From NCBI GenBank assembly GCA_037444485.1, contig JBBIMI010000003.1, positions 1,461-65,460 of the forward strand: 64,000 bases of DNA. Direction: 5' to 3'. Source of the DNA: Candidatus Micrarchaeota archaeon. GTDB taxonomy: Archaea > Micrarchaeota > Micrarchaeia > Norongarragalinales > Norongarragalinaceae. Position 1 is the stretch's first letter. Each line of letters starts with the position of its first letter. Both the position numbers and the translations under genes were made by a program. The notes beneath the pieces were generated by a model. It had not been told where the DNA came from, did no database searches, and saw only the letters and a program-made list of their open reading frames with translations. Below are positions 36,906 to 45,483 of the stretch, one piece after another.

Positions 36906-37184
36906 TTTATTTTCGCCTCTCTTTTATTTTCGCCTCTCTTTTCGCCTTCTCTTTTGCAGCAATTCCCGCAAATTATCGTGTTCTATTTTTGTTTATCACC
37001 GTTATTCATTGTTTTTCGTTACTGGCCGCGTTATTGCGTGTTCTGTCATTTTTATATTGTTTTTATTTAACGTGTTTTGTTTCGTGTTTTATTGTTTTCG
37101 TTACCAGCATTGTTTTTTTGCTTCGCTAGTTTTTTTTCACCGCGTTCCACTTTTTCATTGTTTGCCATCGTTTACTGGCGTTTT

Positions 37185-37853
37185 TTACTCGCCGCTTAGC
37201 GCTTCATAAATTCTTTGCACTTCAAAGCCCGTCGTCAACTCGCCTGCGAGTGCGCCCCGCGAGTTTGCTACTACTCCAAGCGCGTTGAATTCTACCCCCA
37301 TGTTGCAAGAACCGTTCAACGCGGGTGCTCTGAAAACTTTTTTTAAAAATTTTAGTTCGACTTCGCTTGCTTGGTTGAACACTAAAACGCCTTTGTTCGT
37401 CGCCACGCTTGAAGAACCCACTGTGTTCACGCCAGCGAGCGCTTGCTGAAAAACTTCAGCGCCAAGACAATCGCTGATTTCTGCAACCTCTTTTTTCGAC
37501 AACAACGGGCTCGCTAGCACGCCTTTATCGTTCGCGAGAATCAAGTTGCCTGGCGCGAAGGGGCTTGATAGGACGCACGCGTTCAAGCCTTCCTTGCACA
37601 GCAAGCGTTTTTCTTCTTCTTCCGCGAACGAAGGCAACACAACGCCGTTATTGTTTAACGCCAGCATTACTCCAAGCAAAGGCGATTGGTTTACAAACAA
37701 TTCGACGACGCGCGTTCCCAAAACGCTTTCCAACTGCGCGGCGTTTTTTTGCGGCAATCGCTTGGGCGCGAGTGAAAGCGAGTCGTTCGTCTTCAAGAAC
37801 AAGCCAATGAATGGATTGCGTTGAATGCTTGACTTCACTATTTTGAAACTCAA
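37185..37853 (-). CDS. eif6: translation initiation factor 6 (aIF6)
   Basis: 222 aa with repeated G(V/L)xxN...GV(L/V) pentein-like subdomains (NNNGVVLP, NDKGVLASP, TNKGVLVFN, ANSRGALAG). Confidence 0.8.
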   Translation of the reverse strand: MSFKIVKSSIQRNPFIGLFLKTNDSLSLAPKRLPQKNAAQLESVLGTRVVELFVNQSPLLGVMLALNNNGVVLPSFAEEEEKRLLCKEGLNACVLSSPFAPGNLILANDKGVLASPLLSKKEVAEISDCLGAEVFQQALAGVNTVGSSSVATNKGVLVFNQASEVELKFLKKVFRAPALNGSCNMGVEFNALGVVANSRGALAGELTTGFEVQRIYEALSGE

Positions 37854-37918
37854 GAAAACAACCCTTTTTTTAACGACTTTTTTAAGGGAATTCTTGTTAC
37901 GGTTTTTTAAAGCTGTTT

Positions 37919-38437
37919 CTAAGCGTGGAGTTCAGCGAAAACTATTCCTTCCTTGTCTTTGCTCGCGTTCACGCTGATTTTCTTCGGCGGCTTGCGTGAG
38001 CCGCGCGCGTGAAGCGCGTTCGCGAGCTTGACGTCGATGCGTATCTTGTCCGCGTCTGTCTTAAAGTGCTTCGCTAGAAAAACGCGCAGCATCCTGCTAG
38101 CCGCGTTTCCGCGCAGCGAACGCGGTTTCGCGTAAGCGTCCGCTAACGGGATGGTGTAAACGCGTTGGAGGACTACTTCGCGCTTGGGCTTCGCTTCCTT
38201 TTCTTTTTTTTCCTTCGGCTTCGCGCCTGCAGGTGCGGGGGTTGGAACGCTTGGCTTCGGCGCGGGTTTCGCTTCGAGAGCAAGAGTTTTTTTAAGAACA
38301 GGTGTTTTCCCTTCCAGTTTTTCGATTTCTTGTTTTTTCTTTGCTTCCTCGACGCCGCCCGCAGGCTTTTCTTCTACGAGTTTTTCCTCGCGTTTTTTCT
38401 CTTCAGGCGATTTAAATATTTTTTCTTCGTCAGGCAC
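37919..38437 (-). CDS. rpl31e: 50S ribosomal protein L31e with ~90-aa Lys/Pro/Ala-rich N-terminal extension
   Basis: C-terminal REVVLQRVYTIPLADAYAKPRSLRGNAASRMLRVFLAKHFK...IRIDVKLANALHARG matches L31e; N-terminal KPAPKPSVPTPAPAGAKPKEKKEKEAKPK tail. Confidence 0.75.
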   Translation of the reverse strand: MPDEEKIFKSPEEKKREEKLVEEKPAGGVEEAKKKQEIEKLEGKTPVLKKTLALEAKPAPKPSVPTPAPAGAKPKEKKEKEAKPKREVVLQRVYTIPLADAYAKPRSLRGNAASRMLRVFLAKHFKTDADKIRIDVKLANALHARGSRKPPKKISVNASKDKEGIVFAELHA

Positions 38438-38493
38438 TTAAGACACCTTTCCTTTGCTTTCCCTTCTCCGCTTCCTTTTCCTTATAATTTGTT

Positions 38494-38658
38494 TTACTTT
38501 ATTTTGATTTTGAGTCTTCTAAAACGCCAGCTGCGCGCTTTAGGATTGCGTGTGACGCGCCTGCGCGTGCGCGCAATCACGAAAATTGGTATCCGCCTGT
38601 TTTGGCGCAGTTTTTTCGCCAAGATTTTTTTCTTCGTGAAACTCTTGTTTCGAGCCAT
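38494..38658 (-). CDS. rpl39e: 50S ribosomal protein L39e (54 aa; missed by ORF track size cutoff)
   Basis: Hand translation MARNKSFTKKKILAKKLRQNRRIPIFVIARTRRRVTRNPKARSWRFRRLKIKIK matches L39e pattern MARNKPLAKKLRLAKA..NRRVP.WV...T. Confidence 0.65.
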   Translation of the reverse strand: MARNKSFTKKKILAKKLRQNRRIPIFVIARTRRRVTRNPKARSWRFRRLKIKIK

Positions 38659-38699
38659 TCAGTAAAACGCCTTCCCCAAAAAATTTGTTTTTTTTGTTT

Positions 38700-39017
38700 C
38701 TATTTCTTTAAGCGGGTTATCGTCGTTTCCCTTCTTTGTTTTGAAAGTATTTTTGAAATCAGTTGCGTGAGTTGTTGTTCAGTCAACCTTCCAGTAATTT
38801 GTCCGTTTTGGTATAAGTACAACAACAATTGCGTTAATTGTGCGTAGAGTTCAAGGTTTGCAGAGCGAATGTTAGCCAAGCGTTCGTACGCTTCTGGTTC
38901 AAGCAGTTGTTTCAGCAACTGCCTGCGCTGCAGTTCAAGTATTCTTTGTTGTTGTAGTTCCGCGAGTTGCTTGCGTAACGCGGTTTGCCCGTTGTCTTCC
39001 TCGTTTTCTTCCTCCAT
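38700..39017 (-). CDS. PDCD5/TFAR19-like dsDNA-binding protein (MTH1615 family)
   Basis: 105 aa; LRKQLAELQQQRILELQRRQLL...EAYERLANI... Gln/Leu-rich helical protein in conserved rpl39e-rpl31e neighbourhood. Confidence 0.7.
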   Translation of the reverse strand: MEEENEEDNGQTALRKQLAELQQQRILELQRRQLLKQLLEPEAYERLANIRSANLELYAQLTQLLLYLYQNGQITGRLTEQQLTQLISKILSKQRRETTITRLKK

Positions 39018-39041
39018 TTTACTGTTCCTTCAAAGCTTTAT

Positions 39042-39473
39042 TCACGCGGCTGCCTTGTCGAGCAAAGATTTTCCCGCGTTCGTTATGATTCTTCCGCCAG
39101 TCTTTTCTTTTTTCACTAGGCCTGCTGCCTCGAGTTGTTGTAGCGCGACTCGAATTATTTTCCCGCCGCCGGCAACGTGGTGGGCGCGGGAAACAGTGTG
39201 CTCGCTCCTTCCACCGTACTTGTGGCGCAAGCGGCGCACTCCCTTTTTTCCATGCACGTAAAGAGAACGCAGTATTGAAGCGCAGCGTAAGAACCAGAAG
39301 TCTTCTTGTTCCGGCAAGCGTTCTCTTGAAACGCCGGTTTTGGCTGACAAAACCCAGTCAGGCGTCTTGATTGCCGGGTTTTTCTTTAATTCTTCAGCCA
39401 ACTTCTTGATTACGTGATTTGCTGAAACTTCCAAAGCTGAAGGCAAGACAAAACCACCCCCATGCAAAAACAA
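39042..39473 (-). CDS. rps19e: 30S ribosomal protein S19e
   Basis: PDWVLSAKTGVSRERLP...WFLRCASILRSLY...YGGRSEHT...GGGKIIRVALQQLEAAGLV matches S19e consensus. Confidence 0.85.
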   Translation of the reverse strand: MFLHGGGFVLPSALEVSANHVIKKLAEELKKNPAIKTPDWVLSAKTGVSRERLPEQEDFWFLRCASILRSLYVHGKKGVRRLRHKYGGRSEHTVSRAHHVAGGGKIIRVALQQLEAAGLVKKEKTGGRIITNAGKSLLDKAAA

Positions 39474-39538
39474 AACGAAAACAAAACAAAAAAGCAGAAC
39501 ACTCTTTTCTCAACAAATTATTTTTTGGTTAAAGAGAT

Positions 39539-39841
39539 TTAAAAAACCTGTGTCGCCTGCTTTTTATACTGGAAACGCCTGACGTAGCCGCACTCGACGC
39601 AAGAGTAAGTTACTACCTTCTTGCTGCTTGACTGCCGCACGCGCAGCGTGCGGCCAGGAATCCACACCGTTCCGCACTTTCTACAGAATTCCCGCGAACC
39701 TAAATGCAGCCTGTGGCGTTCGGCAACGCGGCGCGCGAGCGCCACGTAGTGCTTGGAAAGCGCGGGTTCGAAAGCGAAAACCTCGCGCGCTAGGCGCAAG
39801 AGTTTTTCGCAACGCTGCAAGGCAATCTCGTTCAAATCCAT
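39539..39841 (-). CDS. rnp4: ribonuclease P protein component Rpp21/Rpr2 (zinc ribbon)
   Basis: 100 aa; helical N-terminus then CRKCGTVWIPG...VVTYSCVECG zinc ribbon. Confidence 0.7.
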   Translation of the reverse strand: MDLNEIALQRCEKLLRLAREVFAFEPALSKHYVALARRVAERHRLHLGSREFCRKCGTVWIPGRTLRVRQSSSKKVVTYSCVECGYVRRFQYKKQATQVF

Positions 39842-39916
39842 TTTAGTTCGAAAGTATTTAAACTGCCGACGATTTAAAACCAGGGTTTTTCAAACCCTTT
39901 AAGTGGTTTTTAGAGG

Positions 39917-40354
39917 GTGGCTGGTTTCGTGAAGCCCGACTTGTTCAAGATAAGCGTGCGCGCTTTGATTCAAGACAGCGACAAAGTGCTTTTGGCGAAA
40001 AAGGCTTTTGGCGAAAGAGGATTACGAGGAGTTTGGGAAACGCCGGGCGGAAAGCTAAAGGAGGGGGAAAGCGTCTTCGACTGCTTGAAGCGCGAGGTTG
40101 AGGAAGAAACCGGTTACGAAGCTCACCCAGAAGAAATTCTTGATTTCGTAGTGGGGCGCAAGCCCGAGCACAACGTCAGCCGCTTGCACTTGATCTTCAA
40201 GTGCAGGCTTGACTACGGAAAAAAGGCGAAAATCAAGGAAGGCGTGAAAATCAAGTGTTTTACTCTCAAAGAACTCAAGAAAATGGTTGAAGAACGCCAG
40301 ACCGACTGGCACGACGAGAAAGTCTTCACACAAATCACGCAAATACCGAAGTGA
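39917..40354 (+). CDS. NUDIX hydrolase
   Basis: Nudix box GGKLKEGESVFDCLKREVEEETG. Confidence 0.8.
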   Translation: MAGFVKPDLFKISVRALIQDSDKVLLAKKAFGERGLRGVWETPGGKLKEGESVFDCLKREVEEETGYEAHPEEILDFVVGRKPEHNVSRLHLIFKCRLDYGKKAKIKEGVKIKCFTLKELKKMVEERQTDWHDEKVFTQITQIPK

Positions 40355-40431
40355 AACCTTGAAGTATCTTGAAGTAAAAACACCTCTAAGCAAAAATTAT
40401 TCTAAAAAATTAAAAGAAACAGGAAAGCGAG

Positions 40432-40545
40432 TGGGCCTGCGGGGATTTGAACCCCGGCCTTCCAGTTCGCCCAGCAGCGCGAGCCGCAAGGCGGCTCGTG
40501 CTTCGTATAAGACTGGCACTCTAGACCAGGCTGAGTTACAGGCCC
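40432..40545 (-). tRNA. tRNA-Ile(UAU) with 38-nt canonical-position intron (40468..40505)
   Basis: Manual fold on minus strand: acceptor GGGCCTG/CAGGCCC, D-arm ACTC-AGCCTGGTCTA-GAGT, anticodon stem CCAGT/ACTGG, loop CTTATA|intron|A (anticodon TAT), T-arm CGGGG-TTCAAAT-CCCCG, discriminator A; intron begins CGAAGC like the tRNA-Thr intron and contains hairpin GAGCCGCcttGCGGCTC. Confidence 0.7.
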
Positions 40546-40627
40546 GCTTGCGCCAGCTTTGTTTAAAGCGAGCTTTACTATAGCCTTACTGAAACTAAAG
40601 TAAAACTAAAATGTTATATTATTATGC

Positions 40628-41149
40628 GTGAATGAATTAAAACCGTTTATGCAAACTGGTTTTCAACGACTGCGTTACGCCGACTTTCTAACCCTAACGA
40701 ACGCGTTAACTGGATTGACTGCAGGAACGCTTGCCTTGCTTGACGCGTTTATTCCAGCAGTTTTATTCTTCACTGTTTCGCTTGCGCTTGATTTTGTTGA
40801 CGGCATCGCCGCCCGCATGAACGCCGCGACCGCGTTCGGGAGAGAACTAGATTCGTTGAGCGACATCATCGCGTTCGGCGTCGCACCAGTGTTCTTCGCT
40901 CTTTCATTAACGCATTTCAACGCAATTGTTTTCTTCACCGCATTATTCTATGTTTACTGTGGAGTGCTGCGCTTGGCGCGTTTCAACATTCAAAAGAAAA
41001 AACGCGTGTTTTTCGGGTTACCGATCCCAGTTGCAGGCGCGCTCGCCGTCGCAACCGCTTTCTTAACGCCTGCATTCACGCCAACAGCGTTCGTTGTTTT
41101 AGGAATCGCGATGACGTTGTCTTTCAAAATCAAGAAGCCTTTCGCGTAA
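40628..41149 (+). CDS. CDP-alcohol phosphatidyltransferase family protein (archaetidylserine/archaetidylinositol-phosphate synthase-like)
   Basis: DFVDGIAARMNAATAFGRELDSLSD = D-G-x2-A-R-x8-G-x3-D-x3-D motif; polytopic 173 aa. Confidence 0.8.
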   Translation: MNELKPFMQTGFQRLRYADFLTLTNALTGLTAGTLALLDAFIPAVLFFTVSLALDFVDGIAARMNAATAFGRELDSLSDIIAFGVAPVFFALSLTHFNAIVFFTALFYVYCGVLRLARFNIQKKKRVFFGLPIPVAGALAVATAFLTPAFTPTAFVVLGIAMTLSFKIKKPFA

Positions 41150-41689
41150 TCAACCGAGTTTTATTAATTCTATATTCTCGTATTTCGGCCCATTCGGCGT
41201 GAGCGTGCTTTTCTTGAAAGCGAGTTCTCGCACCAGCGTCCTGCCGAAGACGGTTTGCGAATGCTTTTCCTTCAGCGCTCGCAGCGCGTCAAGATTCTTT
41301 GGTTTTTTGACTCGCGCGAGCGAAACGTGTCCTTTGAAGCCGCGCTCGTCACGTGCGCCAAGCGCGTTCGCGAGTTTCTCTTGCAGTTCAAACAATTCTG
41401 GCGAAAGAGATTCAGCGTAAAAAACGCGGATGAACCGCTCGTTCGGAAGAAAACCGAGTCCCTTGACTTCTAGAGAAAAAGGTTTTGCATTCAAACAAAC
41501 TTTTTTTATTGCTGAGATTTTCTCGCGCGCTTGGTCTTCAGTCAAATCGCCGAAAAACAAGAGGGTAACGTGCAGTATTTGCGGGTCTACGAAAACAGCT
41601 TGCACTCCAGCGTTCTTCGCTTCCTCGATCACTCGCGCGAGCGCGTCACGCGTTTCTTCACTTAATTCGATCGCCAAAAAACAACGCAT
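41150..41689 (-). CDS. thpR: RNA 2',3'-cyclic phosphodiesterase (ThpR/LigT 2H phosphoesterase)
   Basis: Two H-x-T/S-x motifs: LHVTLLF and GHVSLAR; 179 aa. Confidence 0.8.
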   Translation of the reverse strand: MRCFLAIELSEETRDALARVIEEAKNAGVQAVFVDPQILHVTLLFFGDLTEDQAREKISAIKKVCLNAKPFSLEVKGLGFLPNERFIRVFYAESLSPELFELQEKLANALGARDERGFKGHVSLARVKKPKNLDALRALKEKHSQTVFGRTLVRELAFKKSTLTPNGPKYENIELIKLG

Positions 41690-42463
41690 TCAACGCAGCC
41701 TCTTTCTGTTGAAAAGCACGTAGAACAACAAAAAAACAGCTAGGAAGACTAGAATGGTTTTAATGGTTTCGTTATTGACGATTTTCTTGCCGCGGTCGAG
41801 CAATTCGCTTAAAGTGTTTTCTTTAATGTTTTCTTTAAGCAGTTCTGATGGCTGGAGGCTAGAAGTCGGTCGAGTCGGCGTGAGAGCGTCCTGTAAACCG
41901 ATTTCTTGCTTGACGAACGCGATTACTCGCTGCAAGTCGCTTGCAGATAATGAAAAGCATTGGTTCGGCGCGTTGCAGCACTGCGTGATTGAAAAATTGT
42001 TTGGGTTTTTCTTTACCGCGTCGCCGACTTTGTCTTCGAAAGGCTTGTGGCAGCCTTCATAATCCTCGTTAACGATCTCGTGCATCACGTCAACAGCGTC
42101 GCTTAAGTAGTGGCTCGCCACCGCTAAACTAAAGATTTTCGCGCAACCTTCCTCGCGACTCGCATTCACAACCAGCCTGCGGGCTTTCTCGACAGCAGGA
42201 CAGTCGAGTTTTTGCGGACAATAACTTGAATCGTTTACCGGGCAAACAGAATTATAACAATGGTGGTTTGCGAAGTCTCTAGAAACGTTGTCTGGAAAAA
42301 CGCTGCCTTCATCCGCAGCGCCAGCGCACACAGGCGACTCCAACAACAAGGGCGCGAGCGCTTGACGCGCGATGTAGCGGTGCGCATCCCAATCCCAAGC
42401 GTTTGCAAAACCCGTGCTCACGAAAAACAAAACGAAAACAATCGCCGCAAGCAAAAACTTCAT
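41690..42463 (-). CDS. secreted, C-terminally membrane-anchored zinc-dependent hydrolase of the phospholipase C / S1-P1 nuclease superfamily
   Basis: Signal peptide MKFLLAAIVFVLFFVSTGFANA|WDWDAHRYI (W..H start of mature domain), central HYLSDAVDVMH (cf. PLC HYLGDxxQPMH / P1 HFIGDxxQPLH), Cys-rich, C-terminal TM ILVFLAVFLLFYVLF + NRKRLR. Confidence 0.6.
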   Translation of the reverse strand: MKFLLAAIVFVLFFVSTGFANAWDWDAHRYIARQALAPLLLESPVCAGAADEGSVFPDNVSRDFANHHCYNSVCPVNDSSYCPQKLDCPAVEKARRLVVNASREEGCAKIFSLAVASHYLSDAVDVMHEIVNEDYEGCHKPFEDKVGDAVKKNPNNFSITQCCNAPNQCFSLSASDLQRVIAFVKQEIGLQDALTPTRPTSSLQPSELLKENIKENTLSELLDRGKKIVNNETIKTILVFLAVFLLFYVLFNRKRLR

Positions 42464-42489
42464 GAGTAAAGCTTTAAAGCAAAGGTTTT

Positions 42490-42790
42490 TTAATTAGTTA
42501 CAGAAATGCTTGAAATAACTTTAATGCGGAAAAAAAGAATTGAAAAAAGAATTGAAAAAATGAAAAAAAGCTGAAAAAAGTTGAAGAACTGAAAAATAGA
42601 ACTAAAGAAATTGGGAAAAGAGTTGAAAAAAAACTGAAAAAACAAAGGAAAACTGAAGAAAAAGGAAAACTGAAGAAAAAGAGGATCGAAGAAAAACTGA
42701 AAAATAAAGAAAAACAGGGTTAAAAAAAGGAATTAAAAAAAGGAATTAAAAAACTGGGGGGAAATTGGAGGAAAAGAGAGTTGGAAAAAA
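42490..42790 (+). repeat. ~300-bp polypurine degenerate tandem repeat tract (gaaaaaa / ctgaagaaaaag units)
   Basis: read directly in divergent intergenic region. Confidence 0.75.
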
Positions 42791-43659
42791 GTTGGTTTTT
42801 TGAAATGAAGCGCGTTAATCGAATCCAAAACACGTTGATTGTTTTCACGTTGTTTCTCTCGTTCTTTGCGCCCAGCGTTTCCGCCAGCAATCTTACAGTA
42901 ATCGAACCAGTCTCGCAAACCGCAGGCGCAGGCGACGTAGTAGACTTAGGCGTTGTTGGGCCCGGACAAAAACTCGAGGTTGCAGCGACTCGCGCGAGCG
43001 GCGAGAAAGCGAAAAACATCGCTTTCGAGAAGGAAGCTGGTTGGGACAGGCTTTTCGTGATTCCGAGCGAACTCCCGCCAGGCTGGAGTTTCGAGGACAG
43101 CAAGTGGTACGAAGAACGAATGCACGTTTTCGTGACTGTCTCGCGCGACGCTGAAGACGGAATTTATTTCTTTAAAACGCGGGCTTTCGACGAATACGAA
43201 GGCGTTCCAGCGCTTGAAACCACTTTCAAAGTCACGGTGTCCCGCGACTTGCTTGAAGCAGGGTTGCTCGAAAAAACAATTTCAGTTGGCGTCGAACAGC
43301 CGGCTTTGTTTTACTTGCGCTTGAAAAACAAAAGCAGCGCGAGCGACGTTTTCGAAATCAAAGTTAGCGGGCCTCCTTCCACCGGCGTTGGAGTCACGCG
43401 AAAAGCGTACTTGCGTCACAACAGCGAAGACTTTATTCCAATCGAGTTGTTTGAAGGCGAGCGAGGCGAGTACGCGGTGCGTTTCGACGTCAAGTCGCTT
43501 TCGAGCGACGCGATTAACGCGCGCGAGTCTGCAACGCTACTCGTGTTCACTTCGCTACTGCACGACATGCAAGCGGTTTCGCATGGAGTGCTCTTGTTTC
43601 CGACTGCTGAACAACCAGTTTACGCGCTCTTGGGCTTGATTGCGGAAATCTTTTCTTGA
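42781..43659 (+). CDS. secreted hypothetical protein (likely true start ~42805 at MKRVNRIQ...)
   Basis: Signal peptide NTLIVFTLFLSFFAPSVSA|SN; beta-rich; C-terminal hydrophobic segment; no family recognised. Confidence 0.5.
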   Translation: MEKSWFFEMKRVNRIQNTLIVFTLFLSFFAPSVSASNLTVIEPVSQTAGAGDVVDLGVVGPGQKLEVAATRASGEKAKNIAFEKEAGWDRLFVIPSELPPGWSFEDSKWYEERMHVFVTVSRDAEDGIYFFKTRAFDEYEGVPALETTFKVTVSRDLLEAGLLEKTISVGVEQPALFYLRLKNKSSASDVFEIKVSGPPSTGVGVTRKAYLRHNSEDFIPIELFEGERGEYAVRFDVKSLSSDAINARESATLLVFTSLLHDMQAVSHGVLLFPTAEQPVYALLGLIAEIFS

Positions 43660-43760
43660 CTCAACAAGACTTTTTTTCTTTTTAAATTCTTTATTTCTAA
43701 ATTCTTTACTAGCAAAAAAATTTTTTACTAGCCAAAAAAGTTATTCGGCGGATTTGGTTC

Positions 43761-45263
43761 ATGCGCAAAAAATTTACTAAAACCGAACTAGAAAAATTAA
43801 AGCGCGTTTTCGCGGGCGAACGCGGGTTGAAGAAAGTTCCGCGTAACTCTGATTTCTTGAGAGTAGTCAGCGTAACTCCCCGCGAACGCAAGGAACTGCG
43901 CACGCGGCCAGTGCGTTCGCTGAGCGGGGTCAGCGTGATTGCAATCATGACGAAGCCAATGCCGTGCCCGGGCGCTTGCGTTTACTGCGTGGACAGCCCG
44001 CTCGCGCCCAAGAGTTACACTGGCTTTGAACCAGCTGCGCTGCGCGCGCGCCAAAACAATTTCGACGCGTTTCAACAAGTCGAATCGCGCTTGCGGCAAT
44101 TGCGGGAAATCGGGCACGAGCCAAGCAAGTGCGAACTCGTCGTAATGGGCGGGACTTTCAACTCGCTGCCGCTCGCTTACCAAAAGAGTTTCTTGAAGAA
44201 GGCGTTCGACGCTTTCAACGAGGTTGAAAGCCCTTCGCTCGAGCAAGCGCTTAAGGAAAACGAGCGGGCGCGATACCGCGTTGTCGGCGTGACTTTCGAA
44301 ACGCGGCCAGACTGGTGTTCAAGAGAGCACGTCAAGCAAATGCTTTCTTACGGCGCTACGCGCATCGAACTAGGCGTGCAGTGTCTCGACGACTCTGTTT
44401 ACGAAAAAATGCTACGCGGCCACAGCGTAGAGGACGTCGCCAATGCGACGCGCGAGTGCAAAAACGCTTTCCTTAAAGTAGGTTTTCATTGCATGCCAGG
44501 TTTGGTTGAAAGCGAAGCGCGGGACGAACGCATTTTCGCGAAAATCTTCAGCGACGAACGCTTTCGGCCAGATATGCTTAAACTTTATCCAGTCCTAGTA
44601 ATGCCTGGAACAGAATTGTACGAGCAGTGGCAACGAGGCGAATTCAAGCCGTACGACGAAAAGCAAGCGGCACGCGTTATAGCACGCATGAAACGCTTGG
44701 TGCCGCGTTACTGTAGGATAATGAGGGTTGAGCGCGACATCCCCACTAACTTGATTGCTGCAGGAGTCAAGAAAAGCAACCTCAGAGAACTCGCAAACGC
44801 GGAAATGCGTGAACGCGGTTGGAAGTGTTCTTGCATTAGATGCCGCGAGGTTGGCTTAAAACAATTGAAAGAAGGAATCAAAATCGATTTCAGCAAGCTC
44901 GAACTCAACAGCTTAAATTATCAAGCGAGCGGTGGGACTGAAGTGTTCCTCAGTTTTGACGACGCGGAGACGGACGCGTTGGCCGCATTCCTGCGTCTTC
45001 GCGTTAACGCTGACGGAGTTGTTGGAGTGCGAGAACTACGCGTGTTCGGCGAGCAAGTCGCAGTCGGCGAAGAGCCGAAAGCAAACAGCATGGCAGTGCA
45101 ACACAAGAGCTTGGGCCGCAAGCTGCTTTCACGAGCAGAGGAAATCGCGAAAAACGAGTTCGACGCGCGAAAACTCTTTGTTTTAAGCGGCGTTGGAGCA
45201 AAACATTACTACAGGAAGCTCGGCTACCGCGACGACGGTTTCTACGTCTCCAAAAAACTGTGA
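43761..45263 (+). CDS. elp3: Elongator protein 3 homolog (radical SAM + GNAT tRNA U34 carboxymethyl-modification enzyme)
   Basis: 500 aa; N-terminal Cys cluster MPCPGACVYC (radical SAM), TIM-barrel core, C-terminal GNAT acetyl-CoA domain (...VLSGVGAKHYYRKLGYRDDGFYVSKKL). Confidence 0.9.
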   Translation: MRKKFTKTELEKLKRVFAGERGLKKVPRNSDFLRVVSVTPRERKELRTRPVRSLSGVSVIAIMTKPMPCPGACVYCVDSPLAPKSYTGFEPAALRARQNNFDAFQQVESRLRQLREIGHEPSKCELVVMGGTFNSLPLAYQKSFLKKAFDAFNEVESPSLEQALKENERARYRVVGVTFETRPDWCSREHVKQMLSYGATRIELGVQCLDDSVYEKMLRGHSVEDVANATRECKNAFLKVGFHCMPGLVESEARDERIFAKIFSDERFRPDMLKLYPVLVMPGTELYEQWQRGEFKPYDEKQAARVIARMKRLVPRYCRIMRVERDIPTNLIAAGVKKSNLRELANAEMRERGWKCSCIRCREVGLKQLKEGIKIDFSKLELNSLNYQASGGTEVFLSFDDAETDALAAFLRLRVNADGVVGVRELRVFGEQVAVGEEPKANSMAVQHKSLGRKLLSRAEEIAKNEFDARKLFVLSGVGAKHYYRKLGYRDDGFYVSKKL

Positions 45264-45289
45264 AACCTGTTGACGCATTAAAACCCATT

Positions 45290-45440
45290 AAAAAACACAA
45301 CGAAAAACACAGCACAAAACACGACGCAAAAACGACGAAAAACACAACACAAAACACGACACAAAAACACTTTAAAAAAACAATACGAAAAACACAACAC
45401 AAAACACGACGCAAAACACGACGCAAAAAAGAGTGAAAAA
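45290..45440 (+). repeat. CA-rich degenerate tandem repeats (acacaacacaaaacacgacgcaaaa units)
   Basis: read directly between elp3 and gatD. Confidence 0.75.
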
Positions 45441-45483
45441 GAATAAAAAATATTAGAGTAAATATTAGAGTGGAAAAAAAGTT

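Noticed and set aside
36680-37209. Three overlapping plus-strand ORFs (149, 85, 109 aa)
   Set aside because: They cover the T-rich low-complexity intergenic region and the 5' part of pfdA antisense; Phe/Leu/Cys-rich, spurious.
40287-40583. 98-aa plus-strand ORF
   Set aside because: Overlaps the intron-containing tRNA-Ile on the opposite strand; Arg/Ser-rich translation of a GC-rich tRNA; spurious.
45004-45426. 140-aa minus-strand ORF (Cys/Val/Phe-rich)
   Set aside because: Overlaps the Elp3 3' end and the CA-rich repeat tract; translation of low-complexity DNA.
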